Assembly (NCBI GenBank): GCA_021613535.1
Contig: CP075497.1
Coordinates: 8,742,001 to 8,806,000 of the forward strand
DNA from: Adineta vaga
Lineage: Eukaryota > Animalia > Rotifera
Length of the DNA stretch: 64,000 nt
Direction of reading: 5' to 3'
In this document: one piece after another, positions 62,930 to 64,000 of the stretch
Layout: each line of letters opens with the position of its first letter
How positions within the stretch are numbered: position 1 is the first letter of the stretch
The notes under the pieces: generated by a model
The model's database searches: none
The model's input: the letters and a program-made list of their open reading frames with translations, nothing else
What the model was told of the DNA's origin: nothing
Program-made: the position numbers and the translations under genes

Positions 62930-64000
62930 ATGAATAAACAGAAATTTATGTTTACAAATAACATCATCCGAATTCTTCTTGTGATAGGAATGTCTGCTTT
63001 TCTTCTCATCGTTTTTCTTTTGTTTGGGTACGTAATATTAATTCGAATAGAAAACAATTATTCTTCTTTAATTTTCATTCAGAAAAATACATGCTGTTGT
63101 CTTTATTCTTCTTATCATTTCCAGTTATAAATTGACGGATTATTATGTGTATGTAAAAGTTTTGTGTTTCATTGTATGAATAAACGGAATCATTTAATTA
63201 TCTAGATGGACATCGAACAATCCAGGTAAATCGTTTACATGTTGGCCAAATTTGATTGTATTTTTCGATGTAACGAAGGTAGAAAGATTTCCATGCAATT
63301 TATTCTAAAACAAAAAAGAGATGAATTTTTAGAATATCAAATCAGAAATTCGACAAAAACAGGGGTAATCTAATAAATCTATCCTAATTAAAATGTATGC
63401 ATTTCTTTTATTTGTAGTGCCAATTGTAACTATATACATAAGAATCCATGGATTCATCTGATGGTTTCGAAAAACTTGGATTCTGCTCTCGATGAAGTAT
63501 ATATATATCAACTAGATTCGTTTCATGCTATAATTGTGAATTGCTTTTTGTTTACAGTTTTGTCGTCTTTGTCTTCGAGATCATATCTATCCATGGTTAT
63601 CGTAAGTCTTGTTTATTATCAAAAGTATGACTCAATGAAAAGAAGTCTTGCTCTTTTTTTTAGAACTATTACTCATGATGACACTTTTGTTTATGAGACA
63701 AAACATGTCTTTCGATATCTTTTGGCAACAATTATTCGTCGTTTACAAAATGTAAGATTCAATACTTTTCGACGTGTTTTTTTTCTTTTGAAAAATGACA
63801 AATACTTGACATATAATATAATGTCTACTTAGGTTGATATCAATGCTTTTATTGTTGAACGTTTTCTTCCATTAATATTCCAAACATGTGATCGTTATAT
63901 TCATACGAGAGACAAATATTCTGCAAATGATTCCGTTGATTTTCTTCGAAAAATGTATAAAGATGATCTTCATTTAGCCATGTATAATCGTCAAACTGAA
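62930..64000 (+). CDS. SNX14: Sorting nexin 14-like (TM plus PXA domain), 3'-truncated
   Basis: N-terminal TMs, then VSKNLDSALDE...LSMV/WY...ITHDDTFVYETKHVFRYLLATIIRRLQNVDINAFI...HLAMYNRQTE, which follows the PXA domain pattern. Confidence 0.7.

Noticed and set aside
1-64000. Transposons, CRISPR arrays, tRNA/rRNA genes, alternative genetic code
   Set aside because: No transposase/RT motifs, terminal repeats, spaced repeats or structured-RNA signatures were seen by eye, and conserved genes translate correctly with the standard code. Small RNAs or MITEs could be missed without a covariance or repeat search.

Overview
AT-rich, gene-dense eukaryotic (metazoan) genomic DNA with many 50-70 bp GT-AG introns. 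Core animal genes (RPA1, COX6A, CDV3, SNX8, SNX14, TOM1-like, RING/B-box, Rho GTPase, GPCRs) are interleaved with intronless genes typical of non-animal lineages (GT15 mannosyltransferase, bacterial/archaeal-type ilvC, plant/protist-type CYP51). This pattern suggests a bdelloid rotifer, which is an inference. About 24 protein-coding genes were reconstructed by hand from splice sites and reading phase. Most interesting: (1) a single ~1,900-aa splice model fusing signal peptide, C-type lectin, EGF and TM segments to a complete STRA6-like retinoid-receptor domain; (2) a tandem pair of NEURL4-type ADP-ribosyltransferase genes with a gene-conversion-like mosaic and a divergent loop next to the NAD site; (3) a GT15 gene overlapping an array of three 10-Cys, Ser/Thr-rich, GPI-like surface proteins; (4) an ilvC with an acidic cofactor loop lying 122 bp upstream of SNX14 in an operon-like or nested arrangement; (5) a small membrane-mucin gene absent from the ORF track and split by a frame shift. 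No rRNA, tRNA, CRISPR array or recognisable transposon was seen. All family calls come from motif recognition without database searches.
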